DNA from: Octopus sinensis
Lineage: Eukaryota
Assembly (NCBI RefSeq): GCF_006345805.1
Contig: NC_043024.1
Coordinates: forward strand, 620,001-684,000
DNA length: 64,000 nt
Direction: 5' to 3'
The first letter of the stretch is position 1. Each line of letters begins with the position of its first letter. Below the pieces are notes generated by a model. That model saw only the letters and a list, made by a program, of their open reading frames with translations. It did not search any database and was not told the DNA's origin. Positions 10,140-23,592 of the stretch are shown piece by piece. The position numbers and the translations under genes were made by a program.

Positions 10140-13100
10140 ATGAAGGTGGTGGGTTGGCCAAATTGGTAGAGGGAACAGAATGTTTCAGTTACATCTCTTT
10201 GTGTTCTGAGTTCAAATCCGACTGAAGCCAAGTTCACTTTTCTTCCTACCAAAAGTCGCTAACTTCTAAAGTACCAGTTAAATACTGGTGTTAAATTAAT
10301 CAACTGTAACGCCCCACATCTTTTCCCCCCCAAATTTGGGTTCTTTGCGCCTCTTATTATAAAAATTATTACTATTTTGATTAGTTAAGATGGCAAGCTG
10401 GTAGAATCGTTAGCATACCAGGCAAAATGCTTTGCGGTATTTTGTCCATCCTTACATTCTGAGTTCAAATTCCACCAAGGCCGACTTTGCCATCGGGGTC
10501 GATATTATCAACTAGTCCCCTTCCCTCAAATATCAAGCCCTGTGCCTTTAGTAGAAAGGATTATTATTATCATTTCAAATTCTGCCAAGGTTGACTTTGC
10601 TGTCATCCTTTTGGTGGGGATGGGGGTCAAGGAATTAAGTACCAGTTGTGCACTGGGATCAATGTATAATCAACTTACTCTTTCTCCAAATACTTCAGGC
10701 TTTGTGTCTGTAGTAAAAAGGATTATTATCATTTCTTTATTATTATCATCATTATTTCAGGCCTTGTACTTATAGTAGAGAGAATTATTATTATTATTAT
10801 TATTATTGAAGTGGTGAGCTGGCAGAATCCTGAGCACACCAGACAAGATGCCTCTAGTGACATTTTGTCCGTCTTTAGGTTCTGAGTTTATTCTTTTGGG
10901 GTCGATAAACTAAGTACCAGTTGAGTACTGGGGTCGATGTAATAGACTATCCCCCTCTCCCGCAAAATTTCAGGCCTTGTGCCTATAGTAGAAAGGATTA
11001 TTATTATTATTATAATTTTTATAATGGTGATGTTTGGGCTGAAACAGTAATGTGTATGATACCGAGTGGTTTTCTTTCTTTTTCTGCTTCCTCTCTGTTC
11101 ACGGTTCAATTCCTGCCAGAGTCGAATTTCCCATTGTTGTTGTTTATTTATTTATTATTACAAGCAGTGGATTTGGCAGAAACTGTAGAACATTGAGCAA
11201 GAATGGTTTGTGCTAATTTTTTTGTTAGTTCTATCCACCTCTCTAGAGTCTGATTTCAGCTGATGCCAGACGTCTGTGGAATTGGGGAAGGATGTATTGA
11301 CTATGTCCATCCATGTGTTCCCCACCAGATCTTTCTGATCTCTGTTTGGTGGCCTAAAGTGTTAGAAACTCTTAAAGAATTCATCTAAGACATAGTTTAA
11401 AAGCTAGTTGATAAACATACATTTATTATTAATATCTGGCAGAAGCAGATCATCAGCCAAAATGCCTTGTGGTATTTATTGTGATACATTAATTCCTTGT
11501 TTCAAATCCCACCAAGGTCCAGGCCTGGAATTGATATAATTTAACTCCTTCCTCAAATTTCTGGCCCTGTGCCTATATAAGAAAGTATTATTATTATTAT
11601 TATTATTATTATGAACCCTTTAGTTCTTAAACCGGCAATAACCAGCCAAAATACTCTACAGTATCACAGCCAGATACAGCCTCTCTCACCTACCCTACAA
11701 TGTCCTGAAAATAACCAATTGCATTGTGGAAATCTCAAAGCCACAAGATAATCCATAACCACTTCAAAACAATGTGAATAAACAGGCATTACGTTGGACA
11801 GAGCAATCTGAATGGCAAAGGGTTTTGGTGGCATGCTGGCAGAATCGGTAGAGCATCAGGAAAACTGCTTTGCTCCATTTCTCCTGACTTGTAACCAGAT
11901 TCTGCCAAGGTCCACTTGGTCTTTTCATCCTTTCAAGGTTGATAAAAAAATAAGTACCAGTCATGTACTGGGGTCTATGTAACTCCTAACCCTTGTGCCT
12001 ATTGTAGGAAAGTCATCATCATCATCATTATTATTGTTGTTGTTGAGACAGCAAGCTGGCAGAATTGTTAGCATGTTGGGTAAAATTTGCCTGTCTTCAC
12101 ATTCTGAGTTCAAATTCCGCCGAGGTCAACTTTACCTTTCATCCTTGATAAAATAAGTACCAGTTGAGCACTTTGGTTAATATAATCAACTTACCCCTCC
12201 CCCAATATTGCTGGCTTTGTGTCAAAATTTAAATCCATCATCATTATTAATATTATTGTTATTGTTATTATTATTTGGGCTGTTTTTGACAAATTTGTCA
12301 GAGCAGCAGACAAAAATGTACTTTGATTGTGTAGCCCTGTTTTCTTCTTTTTTTTATTTTTCCTAATTACGTTCAACATTCAAATGTTGACTGCCTTTTA
12401 TCTTTATGAAGTTGATGAAAAATAAGTTATCAGTCAACTATTAATGGTAAGGACAATCTGTGGTGGCCTTTGTGCCTCTGTTAAAAATAATTGCTGAGAG
12501 ATTGATTTAAAAAAAAACAAACCAAACAATCAACTGTACTTGACTAAATTTACGATGGATTGGTTAGCCAAAAGCAATAAAGGCCTATTACGAGTTGCTT
12601 TAGATCTCTTATGATCTTGGTTGGAATTCAGTAGAGAAGGTCGTGGTCATGGTGCTGGCATTGATTTGCCCTTCATCTCTCACTGGGAGCAATTTAATCA
12701 ACTCCCTTCATTTCTTTACAAATCTATTGACATTGTACCAATTGCCAAGTTAGAAATTATTATTATTGTTGTTATTATTAGTAAGATGGCGAGCTGGCAG
12801 AATTGTTAGCAGGATATGCAAAGTAGCATTTCATCCTTCCATTCTGAGTTCAAATTCTGCTGAGGTCGACTTTGCCTTTCATCCTTTCGGGGTCAATAAA
12901 TTAAGTACCAGTGAAACACTGGGGTTGATATAATCAACTAGTCCCCTCCCTCCAATTTTCAGACCTTGTGTCTTCAGTAGAAAGGATTATTATTATTATT
13001 TAAGGCGTGGAGCTGGCAGAATTGTTAACATGCAGAGCAAAGTGCTTAATGGCATTATGTTCTGGGTTCAAATACCGCCATAGTTGACTTTACCTTCATC

Positions 13101-13200
13101 CTTCCAGGGTCAATAAAATAAGTACCAGTTGAGTACTGGGGGTCGACGTAATCAACTTATCCCTTCCCCCAAAATTTGAAACCATTATTATTTAATTTGG
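10140..13200 (+). mobile_element. Head-to-tail cluster of at least 9 SINE family A copies
   Basis: Repeated gagctggcagaat...ttctgagttcaaattc...gtcgactttgcctttcatcc...agtaccag...(att)n, all on the same strand. Dispersed copies at about 143-350, 27105, 28660, 32070, 32740 (-), 41050, 46530, 47340 (-), 49835, 52215 (-), 55480, 55695, 62960 (-) and 63190 (-). Confidence 0.9.
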
Positions 13201-14162
13201 GTGGGAGTTCATTTTAACAGAACCCCTGAAGTTTTTGGATGGTTTGATTGGATGGGTAGGTGAATAAAAAGAAAATTAGGGTGGGCGGGCAAGGGTTAAT
13301 TAATTAAATGCAATTTCTTGAATGAACGAAGCAACAGTCATTTTGAGGGGAAGGGTTTCAGTGATGTTAGTTTTTAAAAGTTGGGAATAACAGCAAAAGT
13401 GGATGAAAACCACTACCACCATCTGAAAGAATGGAATAAAAAGAAAAAAAATGATAATAATAAAATATACAGAATGAAGAAAAAGTTTTTGAAACTGTTT
13501 AGTGGTTGTGTGTTTGTTTTTTTTTTTTCTTCTGGTATTTTCTACTGTTGCTATGACTACTAATGAATCTTGTTGCATTATTGAAGAACATAGTCTTTGG
13601 AATTAATTGGCTTCTGAGTTTCTTCCTCATCTTCCTCTCGGCCCTTGGTTTATTATGAATTTACATCAGTGACTCCAAGATCTGGCAGTTCTGTGCAAAC
13701 TTAATCAAACTGCTTGGTGAGTTATATTTGCTCAACTCTCTCTTTTTCAACACTGAGGATTCTTCTTGGCTGTAATTAATAATAATAATAGGCATTTCAC
13801 TTAATGTTTAGAGTTGTATTTCTCCTCTTTATATTAACAATCCTCTGTGTGTGGTGGTGGTGGGGGGGGGGTATGAGAAGGCTTGTGCCCTAGTGATTAG
13901 GGTGGTGCACTCTGGTAGCAATATCATGGTTTCATAGTTGTGTTCTTGAGCAAATGACTTCATGTTGGCCCAATTCACCCAGCTGCAAATGGGTAACCCC
14001 ACAAAGGACTGGCATTCCATTCAGGGGAAAGGTTGGCCTGCCCACCTAACTGATATGGTGGCATCTTTCAAAAGCTACAACACTGTAAGGAAGCAGCAAG
14101 CGCTTTGTGACCAACAATGTTCCATAACATCCAATAGTCTGGTTAATACAGTGATGTGTGTT

Positions 14163-14204
<42 letters not shown>

Positions 14205-15692
14205 TGCAGGCATGGCTATGTGGTAAGAAGCTTGCTTCCCAACCACATGGTTCCAGGTTCACTTCTACTGTGTGGTAGTTAGTGTCTTCTACTATAGCCT
14301 CAGACCAATCGAAACCTTATGAGTAGATTTAGTTGAGGGGAAACTGAAAGAAGCCTGTCATATATATCTGTGTTTATGTCCTCATAACTTAGTAGTTCAG
14401 TAAAAGAGACTGATAGAGTAAGTCTTAGGCGTGAAAAAATAGGTCCCCGGGTTGATTTGTTCAGCAAAAATCCTTCAAGATGGTGCCCCAGCATGGCCTC
14501 ATTCAAATGACTGAAACAAATAAAAGATAATATACAGGCCTGTTCACCTAACCAGCAGAGTGACATCATTCAAAAACTACAACAATGAAAAGAAGCACAT
14601 TGTGACCAGCGATCCCTCCAATAGTCTGGTCAGTGCAGTGTTGTGTATCAGACTGTGAAGACCAGTTTATAAAGCAGAGGGGTCAGTCTCCTCAACCATT
14701 GCTGGTAACTGTTTCAGGCATTTGAACTTGGATTCATTTCTTTCCCACCATTTTTAGTTCGTTATCCGTTTCATTAGTGCATTTGCTTAATTAACCCTTC
14801 AGCATTCGGATTCTTCTGTCAAAACTGATGCTTATTTATTCACATTGTTTTCAATTAATCATGGATTCTCTCAGCTTTGAGATTTCGATGAGTTGTTTGT
14901 TTACTTTTGAGGCCTAATCTGTCAGTTTGATGACGAAACAGAATATTTGGGCCAGATATGACCGGTTTGAACGCTAACGAGTTAAATACTAATATTAGTT
15001 AGTATTAACGATAACGATTGGGAAGCAGTGAGTTGGCAAGAATGCTGGTGGCACACATTGGACCAAATTCCTGACAGCATTTACTCATTTTTACATTTTA
15101 CATTGTGTGTTTACGAAATTTCTGCCGGAAGAAGTAAAACCGGGAGAATGAGAGGGAGAGGTGTGTGCTGGTCATCTTCCACAGAATATGGAAATATATT
15201 GGAAGGGAGTTCCAATGTGGATGAGGTCCTGCAACCTTTAATCTGTCCAAAGCATTTTCATATGTTCTGAATAATGTAAAGCTTTCCTTTCATAAGTCCC
15301 AACTTACTTTTGGTGGTTGAAAAACATTGGGAATGTGTATCCTGTATGATGCACAGACCCCAGAGAAATATGCCCTGTGTATCCCATGTAATACATGCGA
15401 CAAGTAAAAGAAAACAACAAACTAAAAATAAAAAGCAACCCAAATATTTAGTTTTGTGCTGATTCTTCCAAACAAATTACTAATTAACAAGATTAATTAG
15501 AGTAGTTGATTGAAAGAAATGAGAGATCATCTGTTGCTATGATTCTGATTCCAATTGCACCCGTTTCATCTTCTCATGTTTCCAGAGGTGATGAAATAAA
15601 GTACCAGTTATATACTGAGGTTGAATATAACTATTGATGCTTTCCCTCTTCCAATAAAAAAACAAACAAAATTTTTACAGAAAATAAAGTAA

Positions 15693-16005
15693 ATCTTGAA
15701 TGTAGAATAGCTGTGAAAACAAGGAGATTGAATGAATCCCCTTTGGAGACGGGTTGACAGAAGGCAGCTACAGAGAATCAAACCCTGTACATTATTAGTG
15801 ACGAGCAGTATTAATGCTGACATGTAATATCTGTCCCCACTTAAATGTTCTTGTTTGTTCTAACAGAACATCCACATTTAAGTGGGGACAGATCATCCTG
15901 AACCCTGGACCTCTCGATTCTCTGTTGTCAGCTTTTCTGGCTCCTGATGGCATTTTGCCAGTCTTCTCAGTCGTTTTCACAGCCATCCTATGTTTTCTGC
16001 AAGAT
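15693..16005. other. Extended imperfect inverted repeat with a perfect 20-bp core hairpin
   Basis: atctgtccccacttaaatgt (15829-15848) is the exact reverse complement of 15874-15893. Inner stem tgttct/agaaca. Outer pairings 15703-15720 with 15973-15990 and 15759-15780 with 15916-15939. Confidence 0.85.
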
Positions 16006-16049
16006 GCCAACTCACTCAGCGCTTCTAAGATTGTTTATAAAAATGTGTA

Positions 16050-16278
16050 GAGAGAAAATAGAAAGCTGATGACAATGCAGAAAGTTTAATAAAAACCTTT
16101 GTATTTCAAGCGCAAAGGCCCATTTTCAGAAGAAAAGAACGGTCAGAGGAAAGTATAGTTATATTGGTATAACTGGACTTTTCTCAGACTTCTTTTCTTC
16201 TGAAGATGGTTCTTTGTACCTGACATATAAAGGTTTTATTAAACTTTCCACATTGTCAGAAGTTTTCTATTCTCTCCC
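16050..16278. other. 111-position imperfect hairpin with a 4-nt loop
   Basis: Arm 16050-16163 against arm 16168-16278: 92 Watson-Crick pairs out of 111 aligned, two small bulges, loop ttgg. Confidence 0.9.
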
Positions 16279-17167
16279 TTTTTACCTTCTTCAGTATTAC
16301 AATGCTTCAAGCAAACAGCAACACTCTTTTAGATATAAATGTATGTATTTGAGGCACTGCACCTTTGGTAGAAACCAATTAATTAATTGGATACCTATCA
16401 ATCAATGCAAATACAACAAAGAACAAACCTAGAAAAACCCAGATCTCTTGGAATTTAGGGGATACAAAACTAATGATGTGTCAAGATTTGAACACTTGCC
16501 ATCAATTTTCTTTTTTGTGTGTGTGTATTAGGGGTGGGGTGTTAAACTATTGAACTGTTTTTCAATGCTAGTATTTTGCCAATACTAGCACCCGTAAAGT
16601 CTACAAATATTTTTAAATCACTTAATGTCAAAAACAAAAGGGTCTGAATGTGATTTTATTTAACTAATGCTTACAAAATTACAATCCTATGAAAATACAA
16701 TAATTAACTGAGCCACATAGAAGAATCCTAATTCTATAAAACTTCTGTTTTTCTAAATTCAGCAGAAAAATCTCTTGAATCACATGACAATTACACCTTT
16801 ATAAAATATATATTGATAAATAACCTTTTGAATAAAAAGGAAAGTTTTTTTTATTTAACAAAAATAAATGAAAATCTTCAATAACAACGGAATTAATTTT
16901 TTTTTTTTTTTTTAATATTTTGAAAAATAGATTTCAGAAAACAGAAAATGCAATGGATTTTCTTGATCTATTTTGTAAGATGTAATCCAGCTTCAGGATA
17001 AAACTGCTTCTGACTGTATGCTTGTGAGTCTTATGGAAAGTCAGTCCAGTCATAGAGGTTATGTAAGTGGTACTTCAAAAGTTGGACTTTTTGCTTTTTT
17101 TTTTTTTTTTTTTTGTGCATCCAAAGAAGTAGATTTGGTTAGAAGTGTGATAGTCTCCATTTTGAAA

Positions 17168-17880
17168 TCAAGGTGGTATCAAAAGAGTTCCCAGACTAGT
17201 TATGGTTAATAAAAAATAACTCCTTTACTTAAGTTATTACATCATCTCCTTTGAAATTATCACTGTGTGCAGCAACAGTGTTAAAACTGTGACCTTTGAG
17301 TTGCTTTTCCATCTTGGAGAAGAGACAGAAGCCCGCAGGTGCTAAATCTAGTGAATAGGGTGGGTGCGGAAGTGACAGCATGTTTTTGGTAAGAAACTCC
17401 TGGGTGAGGAGAGCTTGGTGACAGGGTGCATTGTCATCACAGATCCTGTCACTTTTGCTAAATGCTTCAAAATGTTGCAGTAGAACTCACGACTGATGGT
17501 CTGGCCCTGGGGGGTGAATTCTTATTGTGCAATACCACATTTCCAGGAGTGATGCTTGTGGTAGGTCTTCCGGAGATGTTCTGCTTTTGAAGCACCCATC
17601 CCACTCAAAACATTGCCTCATCACCATAAGCTTACTGAAGCATGCTCAATGCCTCTAGCAGACTTCCCAAGTTTAACACAAAATTTCACCTTGGCTCTGT
17701 TCTTGTGCATGACATAATCGCAGACTACAAAAACACAAATTTCACAACTTGCGAAGTAAACAGAGATGTCACTCTGCCTCATGACGGTTGCTGCTCGCTC
17801 TCACTGTGCACACAACTGAGTGCTGCCATCTATTGGTATGCTGCAGAACTAATCTTGGAACTTTTTAATACCACTTCATA
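17168..17880 (-). mobile_element. Mariner-derived non-autonomous element, same family as 4887-5755
   Basis: Same TIR (aggtggtatcaaaagagttcccagactagt ... ggaactttttaataccacttcata). Shares the cacaaaattt...aaaaacacaaatttcacaactt segment in the opposite orientation. Confidence 0.85.
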
Positions 17881-19666
17881 TTCTGCAAATAATATGGAGA
17901 TAACACTGTAACATGATTTTTGTCCTTATGTAGCAACTATTACCCCTAGAAAATAGGAAAAACAGTTAATATTTCCTTCAAATTTTGCTTTCGTTACATT
18001 TATTCAAACCCCAAAGAATCCCTCTCAACACATGGCTATGATGCTCCCCCTCTATGCCTGCTCATGGTAAGAGATGCGCATAATGTCAGCCACTAAGGGA
18101 CATGCTCAAGCAATTGACAAGCAGATCTGCAGTATTGAGCAGAATATTTGCTATAATGATATTTCTGCTTCAGCAACTCAGCGCGGAAATGTAATGGAAA
18201 ATAAGTCAGTTTCAAAACGTTGATGTCCAGGTTAGAAAAGCAAAGTTTGAAGGCAATAAGTAAACATTTCCTCTGATTTCTAGATCGAAGCCAATAGGAA
18301 ATAACACTGTCCAAAGATGAAAAAAAGATTTAAATTTTGTTACATGATGTAATGAGTTGCTTAGATTTCCAAGTGCAATAGTAGGTATGAAACTAATGAT
18401 AACTTTATGACTAGTTATATGCCATAACCGAAGACCTACTACACTCATTTGTACTCCATTGGTTATGAGGACAAAGGTTCCAGTTGGTCCAATCACCAGA
18501 ACAGCCTGCTCCTGAAATTAATGTGGAAGTGGCTGAGCACTCCACAGACACATGTACCCTTCATGTAGTTCTCAGGGAGATTCAGCGTGACACAGAATGT
18601 GACAAGACCGACCCTTTGAAATACAGGTATAACACATTTTTGCCAGCTGGGTGGACTGGAGCAATGTAAAATAAAGTGTCTTGCTCAAGGAGACAATGCC
18701 TTGCCAGGAATTAAACTTTCAACTTTACGATTATGAGCTGAATACCCTAATCACTAAGCTACCAGCCTTCACACTACTCCACTACATAAAATGGAACTGT
18801 TTGAAATTTCATTTAGAACATACTTTATTTACTGACTGGTATCTATCAATCGATTGTGGTAAGAAACTCAAGAGAGAGCAGAGCAGCTGAAAGTCTTCAG
18901 AAACTCCCTTCAGGAAAGTGTCTCAGCCCTTCTTACACTGAAAGGGAACTGGGCTGCATCCAAATCATGACTCCTGAGTGCCCTTCTGCCAACACATTTT
19001 AGTCACTGAAGGATTACTCAATACAGTTGGTAGAGTACAGGTTTATTATTCTTTAACAATGGATAGTATTGATAATGACTTTGAAGTTTCGGCCAGTTAA
19101 GCCATGATCGGACCGTGGCACATTTGAGTTCATCTTAGCTTTACAGAGTGTCTGTTCTTAAGTTGAAATTTCTGGGCTGAGTTGAGCTCTCATCATCATC
19201 ATTTAACATCTGTTGTCCTCGGTTGTATGCTAGGTTGTGGTGGCAAGGTGCTCTTTTATTCTTGTTTCAGTCGTCTGACTGCAGCCATGCTGGAGCACAA
19301 CCTTAATGGGTTTTTAGTTGTAGAAATCAACCCCAGGGCTTATTCCTTTGTAAGCCTAGTACTTATTCTATCAGTTTCTTTTTTGCCCAACTGCTAAGTT
19401 ACAGGAATGTAAACACACCAACATCGGTTGTCAAGCAATAGTAGGTGACAGACGCGCGGTCATTTCAAAATGTAACTACATGGAGATTGTTTGCAATTTT
19501 TTTTTCCTTCCTCTTGTTTTTCTCTTGGACTTTTCTCTCTGTCCTGTTCCTGTAGGAGAGCTTTGCTCAAAACATAAAATATCCTTTCTTTCCTTCCCTG
19601 AGCATCTTTTAATACTTTGCATGTACCACAGTCCTCACGTCGTTTTCTTCATGTTTTTGAATCAGT

Positions 19667-19702
<36 letters not shown>

Positions 19703-20689
19703 ACAGGCTCCTTTCAGTTTCCGTCAACGAAACCCACTCACAAGGCTTTGGTTGTACCAAGGCTGTAGTAGAAAACACTCGCCCAAGGTGCTATGCAGTG
19801 GGACTGAACCTGGAACCATGTGGTTGGGAAGCAAACATCTTGGAGAATTTTTTCATAAAAAAATTTTGACAGGCTCTATAAAGCCATGATGCACTCAAGT
19901 GTACCAATCTGATGATGATTTAGCTGGCCAAAACTTCAAAGTTACTGTCAACGCTATTCTCGTTAAAGAATAATATATACACACAAGCAAGCACATAGGT
20001 GGGAAAAAAATAGTACTCAAATACCAAATGTAGAGTAAAGTACTGTTTTATTAAAGCTGGGAAAATCTTGCCAAACTCTTACTTGGTTAAGAGATTTTGC
20101 AGCATTAACAAAAGCCATGCGAGTGGGTTTGGTAGACAGAAACTGAAAGAAGCCCATCATATATCTATCTATGTGTTTCTGTGTTTGTTTGCCACCATTG
20201 CTTGACAACCAGTGTATTGTGTATACATCCCTGTCACTTAGCAGCAGAGTAAGTACCAGTCTTAAGAAGAGAACAGGAACTAAGTACTGGGGTTGATAAG
20301 TTTGACTAAGACACCTGAAGGCAGTGCCCCAGCATGGCCACAATCAAATGACTGGGACAAGATAAAACATATATTCATTCTCATAAAGTCATATTTGACA
20401 TGAACACTCCACAGACACATGTACCCTTAACATAATTGACAGGGAGATTCAGCGTGACAAGGGTACCCCTTTGAAATACAAGGACTATTCATTTTTGCTA
20501 GCTGAGTGCACAGAGCAATAAAGTGTCTTGCACAAGGATGCAAAGTACTGCTGGGAGTTGAACTCACAACCTTACAATTGTGAGCTGAATACCCTAATCA
20601 CTAGGCCACATGTCTTCAGTATGGTGAAGCTAAGTAAAATTGTTGTCTTCCACTTATACAGGCTTGTCCTTTTGGGTACTGGTCCCACA

Positions 20690-20900
20690 TAAAAAGCACC
20701 TGTGTTGGTGCTGCATTAATGCCCCCGTGCCATTGGCATGCAAAGAGCACCCAGCATGCTCTGTTGAGTGATTGGTATTAGGAAGGGCATCTAGCTGTAG
20801 AAACCATGCCACAACAGACAACTGGAGTCTGGACAGCTACTGGCTAGCCAGCTTCATGTCAAACCATCCAACCCATGCCAGCATGGAAAGCAGACATTAA
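20690..20900. mobile_element. SINE family E with RTE-type tail (representative copy)
   Basis: cgtttaacgtcc...ttccatgctggcatgggttggac...ggatgcccttcctaa. Copies at about 24455-24690, 28090-28300, 58390-58560 and 61040-61560. The last copy runs into an RTE-like LINE 3' end. Confidence 0.8.
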
Positions 20901-21344
20901 ACGATGATAATGTGTATGTGTGTGTACAGATATGGCTGTATAGTTAAGAAGTTCACTTCCTAACTGTGATCTCAGGTTCGGTCCCACTGAACCTTAGACT
21001 GCAAGGTTGGGACACAAACTTTCCAACCATGCAGGCTTACTCTGACTCGTATGGCCATGAGGGTTCCATTTGGTCCAATCAACAGAACAGCTAGTGGCTG
21101 AGTACTCCACAGGCATGCAAACTCTTACTGTAGTTTTCAGGGAGATTCAACATGACACTGAATGTGACAACAGTGACTGACCCTTTTGCCAGCTGAGTTG
21201 GCTGGAGCAATGAGGAATAAAGTCTTGACCAAGGAATCAATTTTCCACCAGTAATCGAACTCACAACCTTACAATATTGAATTGCCTTCACCAACTACAT
21301 AGCCATTTCCACGCCTGTGCCTATATATGTATGTGTATCTATGC

Positions 21345-21826
<482 letters not shown>

Positions 21827-23592
21827 CAGTGGTGACTCCAGCACTCCGACTGTTCGGGCTTAGCCTGAGTATAAATTTAGTAAAGTGAACGTGTATTTGC
21901 AACAAGCTGATTGAATTTCTGCCAACACAGACTTCAAGTATGTAATTACAGCCAATAACTCAGGCTCGTTTTATTGAACCTGGTCGCAGTTCATTTATTT
22001 TCATTCAGTGTTTGGCAGTCATCTTAGAGATGCTCTGTGTCAACAAATATCATATATAGCAGACATTCTCTCAATATAGAAATATGGCAGAAAAACGTAA
22101 AATTCTTTGAGCTGGCAGACTGGCTCTCTTCATTGAAAGCTAAACTGAAGCAGTTAACAAATGCAGTGTTATATCGGTAAACAAGAGTTGCCTTTACGTG
22201 GACATGATTAAAGAAGTGACAGATTTAATAGAGGAAATTTCTGTGAATTATTGCAGTGCTTTGCTGAAATCGAAAACTTGGTAACTTCGAGACCTTCTAC
22301 TAAAGAGGACTTGAAACAGTTTCCAGGAGTCTCAAACACAATACAATATAATCCAATACAAGCAATTAGAAATCTCTGATGAAATTATAAGCAAAGTTAA
22401 TAAAGCTCCATTTATATCTGTGCAATGCATGCCCAACTGTTGATCATAATGAGATATGTATATGAAGACAAAACAGGAATGTCAGTATTCCATCAGTTTG
22501 AAACAAGATGGTGCTATAGATCAAGAACTGTGTCATCCATAAAACTATTGCATAAAAACTTGGAAAAATGTCTTCACAAATATTCTAGGCTCTAGGGATG
22601 AGGGTACACTTTGTCAAACAGATAATTTCTGGCAAAGTTGAATGATTTCACATTCATGTTGCTCATCAATTGCTTTCATAACATACTTTCTCAGGCTGGA
22701 AAAGTCTTTGATATCCTACAGTGTAAGCTACTCAACATAAAGCGTGGTCAGAGTAAACTTCATTCCTTGTGCTGAATGTTATTGTAAGGATGAACATTAT
22801 GAAAACATTCTGCGCAATACAGCTGCTGTCGTTGAACAGGCTGATGAGTCCAATCCTTCTAGAAAGAGTCAGAGGTGCACAAATTAATCACAAAACTACC
22901 CATTTTGAAATAATTGATAACATCCTAATGTCCTTACGAGACAGGTTTTCTTGAATTCAGGAGTATTTTTGAATTACTAGATATTAATAAGTTTGAAGAG
23001 TTTTCTTACTCATATTCCATGCAACATATGGACTCTCTAGAAACCGAGTATCCCTGTATTTTTGACTGCAACAGCTTAGGGAATGAGCTAAAATATATTT
23101 CTGTTGACAGTGATTTCAAAAAGTGCAAATCAATCAACGCCTTTTTAGAATTACTGTATAAATTGGAGTCAACTTCCGCTATGCCAGAATCTGTTAAACT
23201 AATTAAGCTAGTGCTGACCATCCCGTTAACATCAGTCACTAATGAGAGAAGTTTCTCAATGTTAAATAGAATCTGCTCACATGTGAGAAGCACAATGGTC
23301 CAAGAATGGCTGTCTTCACTGGTTCGTATTTCCATCAAGAAATCATTTTGAGTGACTTGGACAACAAGATGGAGCTGCATGAGAGGATTTTCCATAAAAC
23401 CAAGATGACTCATGAGTTCATGTCTAAATGAAGTGAGTAATTTTTATGTCAAAACTTTATTTCTGTCTTACTGTGAAATTATCAGTGCACATATAAGTCT
23501 CTGGGGTGCATCTCTTAGCTTCTTTTATACATGTGTCTTATGCAAAATCTCTGATGGACCCGAGTGATGCTCGTGACCTGGAGTTGTCTCTG
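21827..23592 (+). mobile_element. Decayed hAT transposon (ZMYM1-like transposase remnant)
   Basis: LIKLVLTIPLTSVTNERSFSMLNRICSHVRSTMVQEWLSSLVRISI fits the hAT C-terminal dimerisation motif. Imperfect TIRs cagtggtgactccag / ctggagttgtctctg (10/15). Multiple stops. Confidence 0.8.

Noticed and set aside
13670-15400. Minus-strand spliced model ending QEESSVLKKRELSKYNSPSSLIKFAQNCQILESLM*
   Set aside because: Several alternative phase-compatible joins are possible, introns are implausibly short and no protein family is recognisable.
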